Shown here in pieces: positions 25,095 to 36,144 of a DNA stretch of 64,000 nucleotides. The notes below the pieces were generated by a model. It saw nothing but the letters and a program-made list of their open reading frames with translations, was not told the DNA's origin and did not search any database. Made by a program: the position numbers and the translations under genes. The stretch comes from Torpedo marmorata (taxonomy: Eukaryota). Location of the stretch: positions 211,358,001 through 211,422,000 of the forward strand of contig OZ360219.1 of NCBI GenBank assembly GCA_977017645.1, written 5' to 3'. Position 1 is the first letter of the stretch. The number at the start of each line of letters is the position of its first letter.

Positions 25095-28000
25095 AACTAA
25101 AATTTGAATATTTATCTGATCCTCTCGATTTTAATAAACGAGTTTCATTAACCATTCTGGTTTCTATTGCCTTTTCCTGCAATTCCAAATCCAATTTTGA
25201 AACTTTCAACTCAGTCTCAGTTCCTTCCGAGAAATTAATAACTTGATCTGAAGTGAAAATATCATGGGATACATTGGTATTTCTATTGTCAACTCTGCTG
25301 TGGTAAACTTGAAATTTTTTAATTTCTTCATCTTGCTTGTTACATTTCTGCAATGCAATATCACTTTCTTTCTGCATTGTTAGTAGCTGAACATTCAATT
25401 TACATTCTTGATTGTTTTCTATAATCAACTGTTTTGTGTTATTAACCAATAACTTGTTATCTTTCAAAATATTAATCTCTTCCTCCAACCTTTTACATTT
25501 TGATAATGCTGAATCTCTTTCCTCAATAACTGTATTTATTTCTTCAGCAGTTATTCTTTTCTTCCGCTTTCTGACTTTGCAAATTTTACTTACAATTAAA
25601 TCTTTCTGTTTACTGTTTTCATGATTATCTAATATTTCCAATTCCCCTTTCAACATTTTGTTCTCTGAATTCAATAGCATTAAATTATCATTCACATTCT
25701 TCTTTATTCCATCAGCACAATTTCCTGTGTTCTCCAATTTTACATCACATTGTAACATTTCTTCAATGACTTTGTCTGTTGTAACCTCTGAACTACAAAA
25801 TCTACTTTCAGATTTGTTCTCAGTCACTTGTTTTATTCCTGTATCTGATTCAATTACACATGAATAATCACTTGTATTATTTGTAACATCTTCTAGTACT
25901 TCATTTTTATCCATTTCTGATGAACATAATTCCTTCAATGTTGTTTTAAATACCCTTGATTTATTTTCACATTGATCTGTTTTATTTTCTTCAAAAGTGA
26001 CTTTCTTATTCACAGTCTTTTGCTCTTCTCTTAACTCATCAACTTTCACAACCAATATCCTGTTAATATTTATCGCTAACTGTTCCTGAGCAATATCATT
26101 ATTTCTTTCCAATGGTGCATTGATTGTCCAACCAAGCTTGGTTCTGACAACGTAAGGTCCATTCCCTCTACTCCGTATTACATCTAGTGGTTCCAAAACC
26201 TTTGGCACATCTGAACCAATCAGCATTTCTATTTCAAAATTAACTTCAGGTAGACAAACATTTTTTCAGATAAGACCACCGTTTAATATAATTTTGATGA
26301 GGAATATTTCCTTTATGCACAGGCAATGTCTTCTGAGTATATAAACTTGGAAGATCACAAAATTTTTTATCATCCAATCCAACAACATCTAAGCCTGAAA
26401 CAATGCTGGTTTCTATGACCTTTTCTTGTCCCATGGTTTTCAACATAATTCTTGACCTTCTTCCTTGAATATTAAATTTGTTCATTAGTCCTTCCGTGCA
26501 AAAACATGCAGTGCTGCCTGGGTCAAAAAATGCATATGTATGTACTGTTGCATCCCCTTTCTTGGTCTTGACTTGTACAGGCACTATTGAACCGAGGTAA
26601 TAACATTGTTTTCTGTTTACTCCTTTTCCAATTCCTTGTTTCTTTGATGGATATGCAACATTCTAGGATGTTTCAAATTGCATATGTTACAATTAGTTTG
26701 CTTCTCGCAGTTCTTACTGATGTACCCTTTACACAGACAGCTAAAACATATTCCATTTTCCTTTAAGAAAGCGATCTTCTCATTATGTTCCTTCTTTTCC
26801 AACCGTAAACTAATTCCCAAAGCATGTCCACCTTTACAGAACAAACAACTCTTCTCATCAGGCAAACTTTCCTTTTCCTTATTTACTTTGTCCTTTTCTT
26901 TATTTATAACTGACACATTAGTCGCAAAAGTACTCATTTTCAATTTCGGACTAGGCTGTGAGTTAGACCTCCTTACATCTTTGCCCATTGAATTGTCTCT
27001 GGTATTTCCATATATTGGATCTGTTTCAATGTACACCTATCATTCAAGAAAATTTACCGTCCTTTAAATTAGCTCTTCGACTGTAATTTTCTTGTATATC
27101 ACAAGCCAAATTTCTCCATCTATCCCACAACTTGTAAGGTAATTTTTCTAAGATGATTCGCATATTACCAGGCACTTCAAGCTCACGAATATTATCGATA
27201 TCTTCCATGGCATTACAACATCCTCTTAAAAATAGAGTATATACTTGTAGAGCCTTTACATCATTCTGTTTTATTGATGTCCATTTAAGAGCTTTATCCA
27301 TATAAGCTAAAGCAATTCGATGCTTGTTGCCAAAATGTTGTTCTAGTAAAAGCCTTAGCTCTGTCTAATCCTCTTTCTGAAGACATATGTTGACAACTCT
27401 TTACAAGTTCTTTTGGATATCCTTCTGTAAACATTTCCAAATAATAAAAACAGTCTTCAGGGCCTTGGAATTTATTTTCAATATTGCATTTGAAAGATCT
27501 CATAAATAATTGGTACTGAAGTGGATCACCATCAAAAGTTTGTATCTCTTTCTTGGGTAAAGAAGAGAGAGACTGTAACTGAATCAATGATGCAGCAATT
27601 TCATTTTGTCTTCCCTTGGATGACAATACATTGCTCTGATCACCATCTCTTGTTACAGGTAATGTATCTGGAAACCTCACTGGTGTAGTTTCTCCCATAT
27701 TTCTGATGCTTGACTCAAATGACAAGGGAGCTGCATCGTTCGACCGAACCCAAGCCACAGCTTTGTCTTCAGATATTACCACTGGTACATGTGACTCGAT
27801 ACCACTATGCTATTGAAGGATTTGTCCTTGTATTTGCAAGTCTTGTACCCCTGTTGTTAAAATATCTACTCTTTTGGTTGGTTTCTTTTCCTGTGACTTT
27901 TTTATTAAATATGACCTTTTATTATCAGATACTTTAGATAATTTACTTCGAGCACCAGATACCATTGAGCCTTCTATTGCTTCCTTTTTTGCCTTGGCAA

Positions 28001-28678
28001 TAGTAATGTTTGCTTTCAGCTCCTGCAGCTCCTTTCTCTGCCTTAGCTGCTCCTTCTCTTGCCTTAGCTGCTCCTTTAGCTGCTCCTCCTGTCGTTCTAA
28101 AATTTGTTTATCCTTAAGCGTCTTTTTGTTGTGCAAGAAGAGCGGCCAAGTTAACTTCAATCTTTGTACGTGATGATGCAGAACTTGAAGTATGAGAAAC
28201 TCTGGAGCTTGAACCAGAACTTTGTTTGCTTCTCCTGCTTTCAGCATTTGAGACACTGTCACTTGCTTGTATTTCGTCCTGCAGGTCAGATGTTGTCTTC
28301 TTACTTACCCTCTTCACCAATTTGAATTGTACATCCTTTGTGTTGTGTATTTCGGGGTGTAAGCTTACAATAACACACCGAGACGACTGTCTTCATTCAT
28401 CCTTTATTACTAAACTAAAATGGTATTCAGCGTTACCCCTTATATAGTACGTATGACGTCATTACGTCATACGTTATACGTTACATATACAACACTCTTC
28501 CCCCCCCCACGAAATATAGATTGTTATTATATGATTATATATTCCCCGATCACTGGTAAACTATTGTAACTACTGGAATATAGCGGGGAAACTACAACTA
28601 TAAACAAAAATCATGCAAGTAAAACTAGAACTACTAACTGTTAGTATCATACTGATCATCACTAAAGTGAAAAATCAT

Positions 28679-30700
28679 TTAAGGTACATAGTCTCTCAAA
28701 TGTTCTGGTGGACGTCGTTGACGATGTGATCTTCTTAGGGGTGGATCCCCTACAGCCGTCGAAACCAATGGACTCTTTGCCTTTTTGGGACTCTTTGCCT
28801 TTTCTGGACTCTTTGCCTTTTCTGGACTCTTTGCCTTTTCTGGACTCTTTGCCTTTTCTGCTGTAATATCTTCTTCGAAATGGAAACTGGAATCTGGAGT
28901 CTGTCTTTCTAGATCAGCATCATCGTCATTAACCAAAAATGGCAAATTCTTCAGCTCATCTGTGCAAGAAACTGGATCTTCCACAGCTCTCAGCTGGTCA
29001 ATATGTCGTTTCCATATGTTAGAGTCTACTTGTATTGCATATGAGCAAGGGCTTAGCTTCTTAATGATAACACCTCTTACCCATGTTTCTTTATTATTTC
29101 TGTAATCTCTTACCAACACTCTTTCACCCACTTCCAGAGATCGTGTTGGTTTAGTTGGTGAGGTGTCGTATTCAATACGACCGCTGATATCCGGATGCAC
29201 TGCGGATAGCCTCGTTCGAATATTCCTACCAAACATTAATTCTGCTGGCGTTCTTTTAGTTGTTGAATGCGGTGTATTTCTGTATCCTGCCAGGAAATTT
29301 GCTATTCTATGATTCCATGACAAGTTAAGCAATTTTCCTGCTTTCATTGCGTTTTTAAATGTTCGCACAAAACGTTCCGCTTCTCCATTAGTACTCGGGT
29401 GGTACGGTGCTGAAAGTACATGGCGTATACCATTCTTACGCATGAACATTTTAAATACATCTGAAGTAAACTGAGGACCATTGTCTGATACTAATTCCAC
29501 TGGTGATCCAAATGATGCAAACATAGTTCTTAATTTTTCAATTGTTTGGAGGGTTGTTGTGGTACGCATATGTGAAACTACTAGCCATTTGGAATGTGCG
29601 TCGACCACAATCAAGAAATTCTCCCCCATAAATGGACCTGCAAAATCAACATGAATTCTATGCCATGGTCGAGATGGCCATTTCCATGGATTTGCCTCGG
29701 CCTGGGGAGCTTTAGGTTGCATGTCTTGACAAATGCCACACCTTCGTACAGTTTGCTCAATATCCATATCCATTGATGGCCACCAAACATGCATTCGGGC
29801 TAGCGCTTTCATGCGGACTATTCCCGGATGGTTATCATGCAGTTCTGCCAATATGTCTTTTTGCCATTTCCTGGGAATAATAGTCCTGGCCCCCCATAAT
29901 AAACAACTTTGTTCAATAGTTATTTCATTTCGTTGGATGTAGTAAGGTTTAAGTTCTGCAGAAATAGTGTCCCCTTCTGGCCATCCATTTAATGTAAAAT
30001 ATAAAACCTTGGCCAGTGTTGGTTCATTTCTTACTTCTTTACTGATTATTTTGGCTGTGATGGGCAGATGGCGAAGCTGTTCTTGATTAATAGCTGTGGC
30101 CTCTGATGTCCATTGAACTATCTCTTCTGTTTGACCCGTCTCCGGCAGAGGTAGGCGTGACAAGGCATCAGCATGTCCATTTTGTGTTGCTGGTTTATGT
30201 TTCAACTCATAATCGTAAGCGGCAAGCATTATTGCCCATCTCTGGATTCTGGTTGCTGCCAATACTGGGATGCCTTTTTTAGATCCCAAAATAAAACTGA
30301 GTGGTTTGTTGTCCATTACTAATGTGAATTTCCTTCCATATAAATACTGGTGGAATCTTTTGATTCCGAATACTATGGCCAATCCTTCTTTTTCTAACTG
30401 TGCATAATTTCGTTCACAAGCTGTCAAAGATCGAGATGCATACGCCACTGGTTGCTCTCCCTCTTTTTCTAATCTATTAAGTTCTGCGTCAATTTTTCCT
30501 TTTATCGCAAACGGTACTGTCCTTGGTTTATAAAACTTTGGTTCCGCCTCTGGTTTCAATTTCAATTGTGCCTCCACTCCTTTGATTTTCCCCAGACCTT
30601 TATTAAATAATGTCTGATACTTCTTTAGCACTTGTGATAACTTTGATTCATCTCCTGATTGAACCTTTAGCACTGATCCAATCTCCATCCAATCTAATGG
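28679..30700 (-). CDS. Truncated Pol: partial RNase H + intact integrase + KSP-repeat tail (start uncertain)
   Basis: ELNRLEKEG joins directly to EQPVAYASRSL; HPGIVRMK, HVDFAGP, VSDNGPQF, NGEAERFV integrase motifs. Confidence 0.85.
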   Translation of the reverse strand, partial: PLDWMEIGSVLKVQSGDESKLSQVLKKYQTLFNKGLGKIKGVEAQLKLKPEAEPKFYKPRTVPFAIKGKIDAELNRLEKEGEQPVAYASRSLTACERNYAQLEKEGLAIVFGIKRFHQYLYGRKFTLVMDNKPLSFILGSKKGIPVLAATRIQRWAIMLAAYDYELKHKPATQNGHADALSRLPLPETGQTEEIVQWTSEATAINQEQLRHLPITAKIISKEVRNEPTLAKVLYFTLNGWPEGDTISAELKPYYIQRNEITIEQSCLLWGARTIIPRKWQKDILAELHDNHPGIVRMKALARMHVWWPSMDMDIEQTVRRCGICQDMQPKAPQAEANPWKWPSRPWHRIHVDFAGPFMGENFLIVVDAHSKWLVVSHMRTTTTLQTIEKLRTMFASFGSPVELVSDNGPQFTSDVFKMFMRKNGIRHVLSAPYHPSTNGEAERFVRTFKNAMKAGKLLNLSWNHRIANFLAGYRNTPHSTTKRTPAELMFGRNIRTRLSAVHPDISGRIEYDTSPTKPTRSLEVGERVLVRDYRNNKETWVRGVIIKKLSPCSYAIQVDSNIWKRHIDQLRAVEDPVSCTDELKNLPFLVNDDDADLERQTPDSSFHFEEDITAEKAKSPEKAKSPEKAKSPEKAKSPKKAKSPLVSTAVGDPPLRRSHRQRRPPEHLRDYVP
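28769..28860 (-). repeat. 18-bp tandem repeat encoding (EKAKSP)x5
   Basis: (tggactctttgccttttc)n on the + strand. Confidence 0.95.
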
Positions 30701-31418
30701 ATTTCTGTTTGTTACTTTTCTGGTACAGCAATTTTCTGCTTGGACATCTAGTTTTGATATGTCCTTCTTTATCACAATAATGGCATTTGGCCTTTCTAAA
30801 GTAACAACTGTCAGGGCTGTGGTTGCTTTTTCCGCAGCGAAAGCACTGTGGTTTACCAGGTTTGTTAACATATCCTACTGTTGAGGCTTCTCCCTGTATG
30901 ATATCAATATTTTTCCCAGCCATTTCGAAACTTAATGCTGTAGCATAAGCAGTGGCAATATTTAAATCTGGTTTACTCAGCAATCGTTGTTGGGTGGTAC
31001 GGTCAGCTAGACCCATCACTAACTTGTCTCTTAATGCATCATTTAAGAATTCACCAAAGTCACAACGTTCTGATAACTGACGTAGTTCAGCCAAATATTC
31101 GCTTATTGGCTCGCTTATTATTTGTTTTCTAGAGTAAAACTTATAACGCTCTGCAATAATTACAGGTCTTGGACATAGGTGTTCTCCTATTACTGTGCAT
31201 AGTTCATCATAAGTTTTAGTACTTGGTCTCTCAGGTGCCAACAGAGACTTCATAAGTTTAAAAGTTTTACTTCCCACTTCACTTAAGAATAAAGCTGTTT
31301 TTCTGCTTGTTACTGGTGTATCAACTACATTGTGGGCAACACAGTACATATTGAATCTTTCAATGTAGTCATACCAGTCTTCTGAGTCTTTGAACTCTCC
31401 GAAACGGCTGTCGGCCAT
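30648..31418 (-). CDS. Gag with two CCHC zinc knuckles
   Basis: DWYDYIERF...AERYKFYSRKQ...LRDKLVMG; CFRCGKSNH and CHYCDKEGHIKTRC. Confidence 0.88.
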   Translation of the reverse strand: MADSRFGEFKDSEDWYDYIERFNMYCVAHNVVDTPVTSRKTALFLSEVGSKTFKLMKSLLAPERPSTKTYDELCTVIGEHLCPRPVIIAERYKFYSRKQIISEPISEYLAELRQLSERCDFGEFLNDALRDKLVMGLADRTTQQRLLSKPDLNIATAYATALSFEMAGKNIDIIQGEASTVGYVNKPGKPQCFRCGKSNHSPDSCYFRKAKCHYCDKEGHIKTRCPSRKLLYQKSNKQKSIRLDGDWISAKGSIRR

Positions 31419-32485
31419 TTTGAGTTGTTTTCCCGCGTTTTTCTTCTTTCTTCTTTCTTCTTTGTAAGTGAGCTTATGGAGCTCACTGTTTCTTTCTTCT
31501 TTCTTCTTTTCTTCCCCTCCCTTTCCTTGTTAGTGAGGTCCGTTTTTATCCTCGTCGCCAATCTGTTGTGTATTTCGGGGTGTAAGCTTACAATAACACA
31601 CCGAGACGACTGTCTTCATTCATCCTTTATTACTAAACTAAAATGGTATTCAGCGTTACCCCTTATATAGTACGTATGACGTCATTACGTCATACGTTAT
31701 ACGTTACATATACAACACTCTGCATCTTCATCCTCTTAATTTTCTTCATCCTCTTCATTTTCTTCATCATTTGGTGACACAATTTCAGCCATTTCCTTGC
31801 TATTTTCTTGTTCATCTAACGAAACCGTATCTTCCTTTGCCAGCTTCAGTCTTGCGATGAGAACCCTTTTATTTCCACTTATATCTAGTTTCATTCGCTT
31901 CAATTCTTCTTTAATATCCGCAACCTTCATGTCTTCAATACGTTGGTCCTTAACAGCAACATCAACGATTGCCGCGTCAGCTGCCGATACATCAGTAGCT
32001 GCTGCATCAGTGGCTGCTGCGGCCATTTTACTCGTCTTGTTCCACTGTCCTTCAAGCATACACAACACTAGCCAAATCAGCAGTCCCCAATGGACTAGCG
32101 GCAGCAAATCCAATCTGTGTTCTAACTTGCCAAAGATACACAGAAAAAGTCCACATACTTATGCCTACCACTTCAGATGACTGTAATGTGCTACTATTCA
32201 CAAATGAGTTTCAACCACAACATCCATCAATAATATCGCTGATTTTCCAAAAATGGTTTCTCCAACGTATTTATAGTACACTTTACTATAAGATTTGAAG
32301 CTTTAAATGACTCTCTACCTGTTACACATGGCAGATGGATGTGGATTACAAACTGCCCCCAACTCGACGCATCTCCAAGATGGCCGCCATTTTATTTTAA
32401 ATATCAGTCCAAAGCTCAGAGAGATTATTCTATCTTCTTTCCTTCAATTTTCTGTTCCATACAATAACTCTTTCATTGACTAAAA

Positions 32486-33060
32486 TATAGTGACTTCAAT
32501 CCAACAAATAGTCACTTGGATGCTAGGTAAGAATCCTTGTTCTTGACGCATTTCAATTAATTTACTAACAAGTCCAATATGTTCAAAAAACTTTTTTCAC
32601 ACACGTGACTTGTAGCAATCTTCAATGACTTAAATAACTTCTTTATACGAAATATAAAGAATTCTTGATAACGATGCTTAATAAATTCCTTTAGACGATT
32701 CCTTTCAAAGATTCCTTTAAACGTCATTTAAATGTCTTTAAACGTTAAATGAAATGTTCAATGAAAGATATGGTGATCTCACTCACCCGCCATCTTTTTC
32801 TATTCTTTTTTCCCCGATTCGTTCATGCTCACTGCGCATATTTCACCGTGCATACTCCACCGCGCATACTGCCGTAACTTCCCAACTGCGCATACTCCAG
32901 TCACTTCCCCACTGTGCATGCGCCCGTCGACACTCCCGCACATGCGCAGAGCACTAAATAGGCCCAGCACGCCCTACTAACCTCCGCGTCTCCTCCGAAA
33001 CCCGCTGAGACCATCGGAGCGCCGCGATTAAGGTAAGTAACTAAACCTAATGCTCTTAGA
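32486..33060 (-). repeat. 5' LTR of BEL element
   Basis: Direct repeat of 19317-19888. Confidence 0.92.
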
Positions 33061-33139
33061 TCCTGAATACCTCAATCAAATCACCCTGAACACTTTAAAT
33101 TCCACTGTCTACAACTCTGGTCTGTGATTTCTACTTGAA

Positions 33140-33370
33140 ATTTAGTGGTAGGATGGTGTCGTTACTGGACTAGCATGCAGAATTCTGGACCATTGATCCA
33201 GCGTCTTGCGTTCAAATCCCACCAAGGCAGCAGGAGAATTTAAATTCAAGTAATAAAATAAATCTATGATTAAGAAAAATAAAGTTGCAACCAGGATGAA
33301 ACATTGGATTGTTACACAAACTCATTTGGTTTATGAATGTTCTTTGAGGACAGGAAGCGTCATCCTGTTG
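33140..33370 (+). mobile_element. Degraded tRNA-derived SINE (shark Deu/SacSINE-like); related remnant at ~34880-35070
   Basis: A/B-box-like TAGTGG...GTTCAAATCCC head followed by GAATTTAAATTCA and a core resembling these SINEs; recognised from memory. Confidence 0.5.
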
Positions 33371-36144
33371 AATATTCCATGCCCTGTCCATGACACTTTA
33401 ATGATTCATTCAATCGCACTTCCAGGCCTCAACTTTCCAGCAATGAGAAAATATTCTTTTCTATTTGTTTTAATCCAAATTGTTAATTATAATAATTATT
33501 GTTATGTATTATAGCTTTTCCACTTGATTTTCCCATTTCCCTACATGAATCCTTCCAAGATGAAATATTGATTGTTACAGTATATCACGTTAAATACCCA
33601 TTCACGTTTGTTTGTCCAACAGCTGCTTGTTATAACCAGGTTATATTCATCACATGCTTTCTGTATTCTGAGTGAAGCATTTTAATTTCACAATGAACTG
33701 ATTTTTTTTCACACTTCCTATGCCCTGGGTTCACAGTGGAAAATGAACCTCTGACAGGTTCATTGAAATCTTGTAATAAATGGTCATTAATTTTATCAAC
33801 TGTAAATTCCTGAATCCTTCCAAAATGAAATATAGATTGAACATTCTGCTTGAGTTCTTCTTTCTAGATCATAGCCTAGAAACTACTTTGTTTGCACGTG
33901 TGAATGAATGGTTTGCTCTTTAACTAGCGTGCCCTCTATTATTTCTACTAAGGGTTAATCCATCTCAAACAGCTGCTACGTAATGTCACATGAGAAGTTA
34001 AATAGCTGTCCATTAAAATCACTGAGAGTAAATATAAACAAAATTTTTATGGGTGAGACATTTTGGTCAATGTGAGCAAGTTGGGCCGAAAGGCCTGTTT
34101 CCACGCCGTAAGACTCTGTTACTATTATGTCTTGAGTGACAACAGTAAATTCTTTTCCTTTTTTTTTTACTGCTGATTTAGTATAAAGCTATTAAGGTAG
34201 ATATAACAGAAGTACGTCCACTGATAGAGGATTCAAAAATGAGGGAACTTAATAAAATAGGAACTGGGACATTTAGATGGGAAACCATAAAGTGTTTTAA
34301 CACCAAAATGGTACTGGCTATCTGGAATTATTCCTGGAAATTGGATTATGGTTGCTGGACAAATTGAAACCTTCAAAATTGAGTGATAAATTTCTATTGA
34401 ATACAGGCCCTGTGGAACTCGCGTAGATAAATGTCAAGGTACACATCAGCCACAATCTGATTGAAGATTGCCTTGTGAGGCTGAATGACCAACTCTATTC
34501 CTATGATTGGTAGACCCCAGCTAAATGGAGAAAGCTGTTAAACAGAGTGTAAGAAGTGAGATTCCCAGTGTGGGTCACCTCATCTATATTTTTAAAGCAG
34601 TTAGAAAGCTTTGCAAATTGAAAAACCACTGTTAGTAGATCAAAACACTTTCCCTAATGGTTCTGAGAAAGATGTCTTTGATGCAGAAAAAAGATGGTGC
34701 TGCCACAGTTCTCTCATGGTGTAAGGATGGAACAGGAGTCTTGGATCAAACAAAAACCTTTAAGAACAAGGACAAGGCTGTAACTTCACTGCATAGGTCA
34801 ATTAAAAGATTATTGGTATGGATACTCGACAGATAGAAAACAAAAACAGGTAGAGACATAATTATAAGGTGAATACCTTACTGAACTAGTAATCTAGAAG
34901 CCTCGACTAATAATCCAAGATAATTAGTTTGTAAATTTGTTAATTGGTTTAATATTTTGGAAGTAAACAGGGGAAGTGGTCATGATCCTCGAGGAGTGCA
35001 AAAACACAAATTGTTTGCTCATGTTTTTGACTTAAGGAAAACTGCCCTTGGGTGATCCTTCTGAAGCTGAGCAGAGTTGAAACTTAATTGTGCACTAAAA
35101 GTAACTTTGCAAACCAGTCAGATACACCAATACCTTGGGCATCTGGTGGTGGGGACTAAGTGCCAAACATGGCAGGGAATGTTTGAAAAGCTGCAGCCCC
35201 TCTATATCAAAACAGGGTATGACCTTGGAAAGCTGCAACTCTTATCAGGGGGGTTAGCAAACTTGTCACTAGGGGATGAAAATAAAACAGCACTATTTTA
35301 ACTATTAATTTTAAATTAGAGGACTGACAAAAGAAGGGAGAATTAGATGAATCACAGAAATATACAGACCTATTGAAGACCTAAGGAGCTACTGCAGAGG
35401 AAGTTGCAGGATTTTGACCATTGACGATACGTTTCCAAGTAAGGACGAAGTGTGACTGGGAAGGGAAGTGGAGGTGGTGGTGCTCCAATGTACCTGCTGC
35501 ACTGGTCTTCCCTGGGATTGTAGGAGATTCTGTTGAATGAGAATGGTCAAATAAATCAATGCAGTTTCCATGCTTCATAACTTTATGACTATGACATCAT
35601 CCCCTCCCCTCCACTTTCTGCATTCTGACAGGACCATTCCCTCTGTGGTTCCCTGGTTCACCTTTCCACCTTCAGGAACATCTACTCCAATTCTCCACAC
35701 CCCTTCCCATTGACCAGAAATTCATCAAGATCAGCCACATAGATACCATGGTGACAGAACAAGTTAGAGGCTAGAAATCAAATTGCAAGTGACACACCTC
35801 CTGACTCTCCAAGGCCTTACCACTATGTACTACTATGTAAGAGCATGATAGAGTACTCCCCACTTGCCTAGTTAGGTGCATCGCCAATGTCATCCAGGAC
35901 AAAGAAAGACTACTCCCACATTACCTCTCAAGCACATAAAGTTTACCACCAAGGATAAGGGTAGCAGGAGCATTGGAGCATCGCCACTTGAAATTTCCTT
36001 TTCACGTTGCTTACCATTTTTGCTTGGAAATATGTTCCCAGTTTTTCATCATCATTGGGCCAGTTCCTGGCTCCAAATTCATTGCCTCTGAGAGATTTGG
36101 GCTCCATGTCCATAGGACACTCAAGGCTGCTGCACAGGTTAATA

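Larger units (their letters stand above)
28341..31717 (-). mobile_element. Ty3/Gypsy (Mag-like) LTR element lacking protease and RT
   Basis: Identical 154-bp LTRs at 28341-28494 and 31564-31717; TSD ctttg/ctctg; PBS TGGCGACGAGGAT (31548-31560, matching the tRNA-Ser(GCT) 3' end); PPT GGGGGGGGGAAGAG. Confidence 0.93.
22520..32026 (-). pseudogene. Disrupted BEL polyprotein: SAP domain - Gag - protease - MIPOL1-like coiled coil - DUF5641-like tail
   Basis: Joined from ORFs 31736-32113 (from ATG 32026), 28114-28320, 27810-28262, 27294-27782, 27044-27301, 26617-27036, 26246-26584, 24961-26226 and the tail GDIVIIMDDSAPRNSWLLGKIIETIQDKRGLVRQVRIKTKTGFLNRPINKVCLL; interrupted by a Gypsy and an L1. Confidence 0.8.
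19317..33060 (-). mobile_element. BEL/Pao LTR retrotransposon, non-autonomous chimera, containing nested L1s and a Gypsy
   Basis: LTRs 19317-19888 and 32486-33060; exact 5-bp TSD TCCTG (19312-19316, 33061-33065); BEL-type PPT AGGGGCCGG; DUF1759-type gag (EIQTFDGDPLQY), three Cys/His knuckles, FFDPGS protease, DUF5641-like tail at ~22520-22695. Confidence 0.92.
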
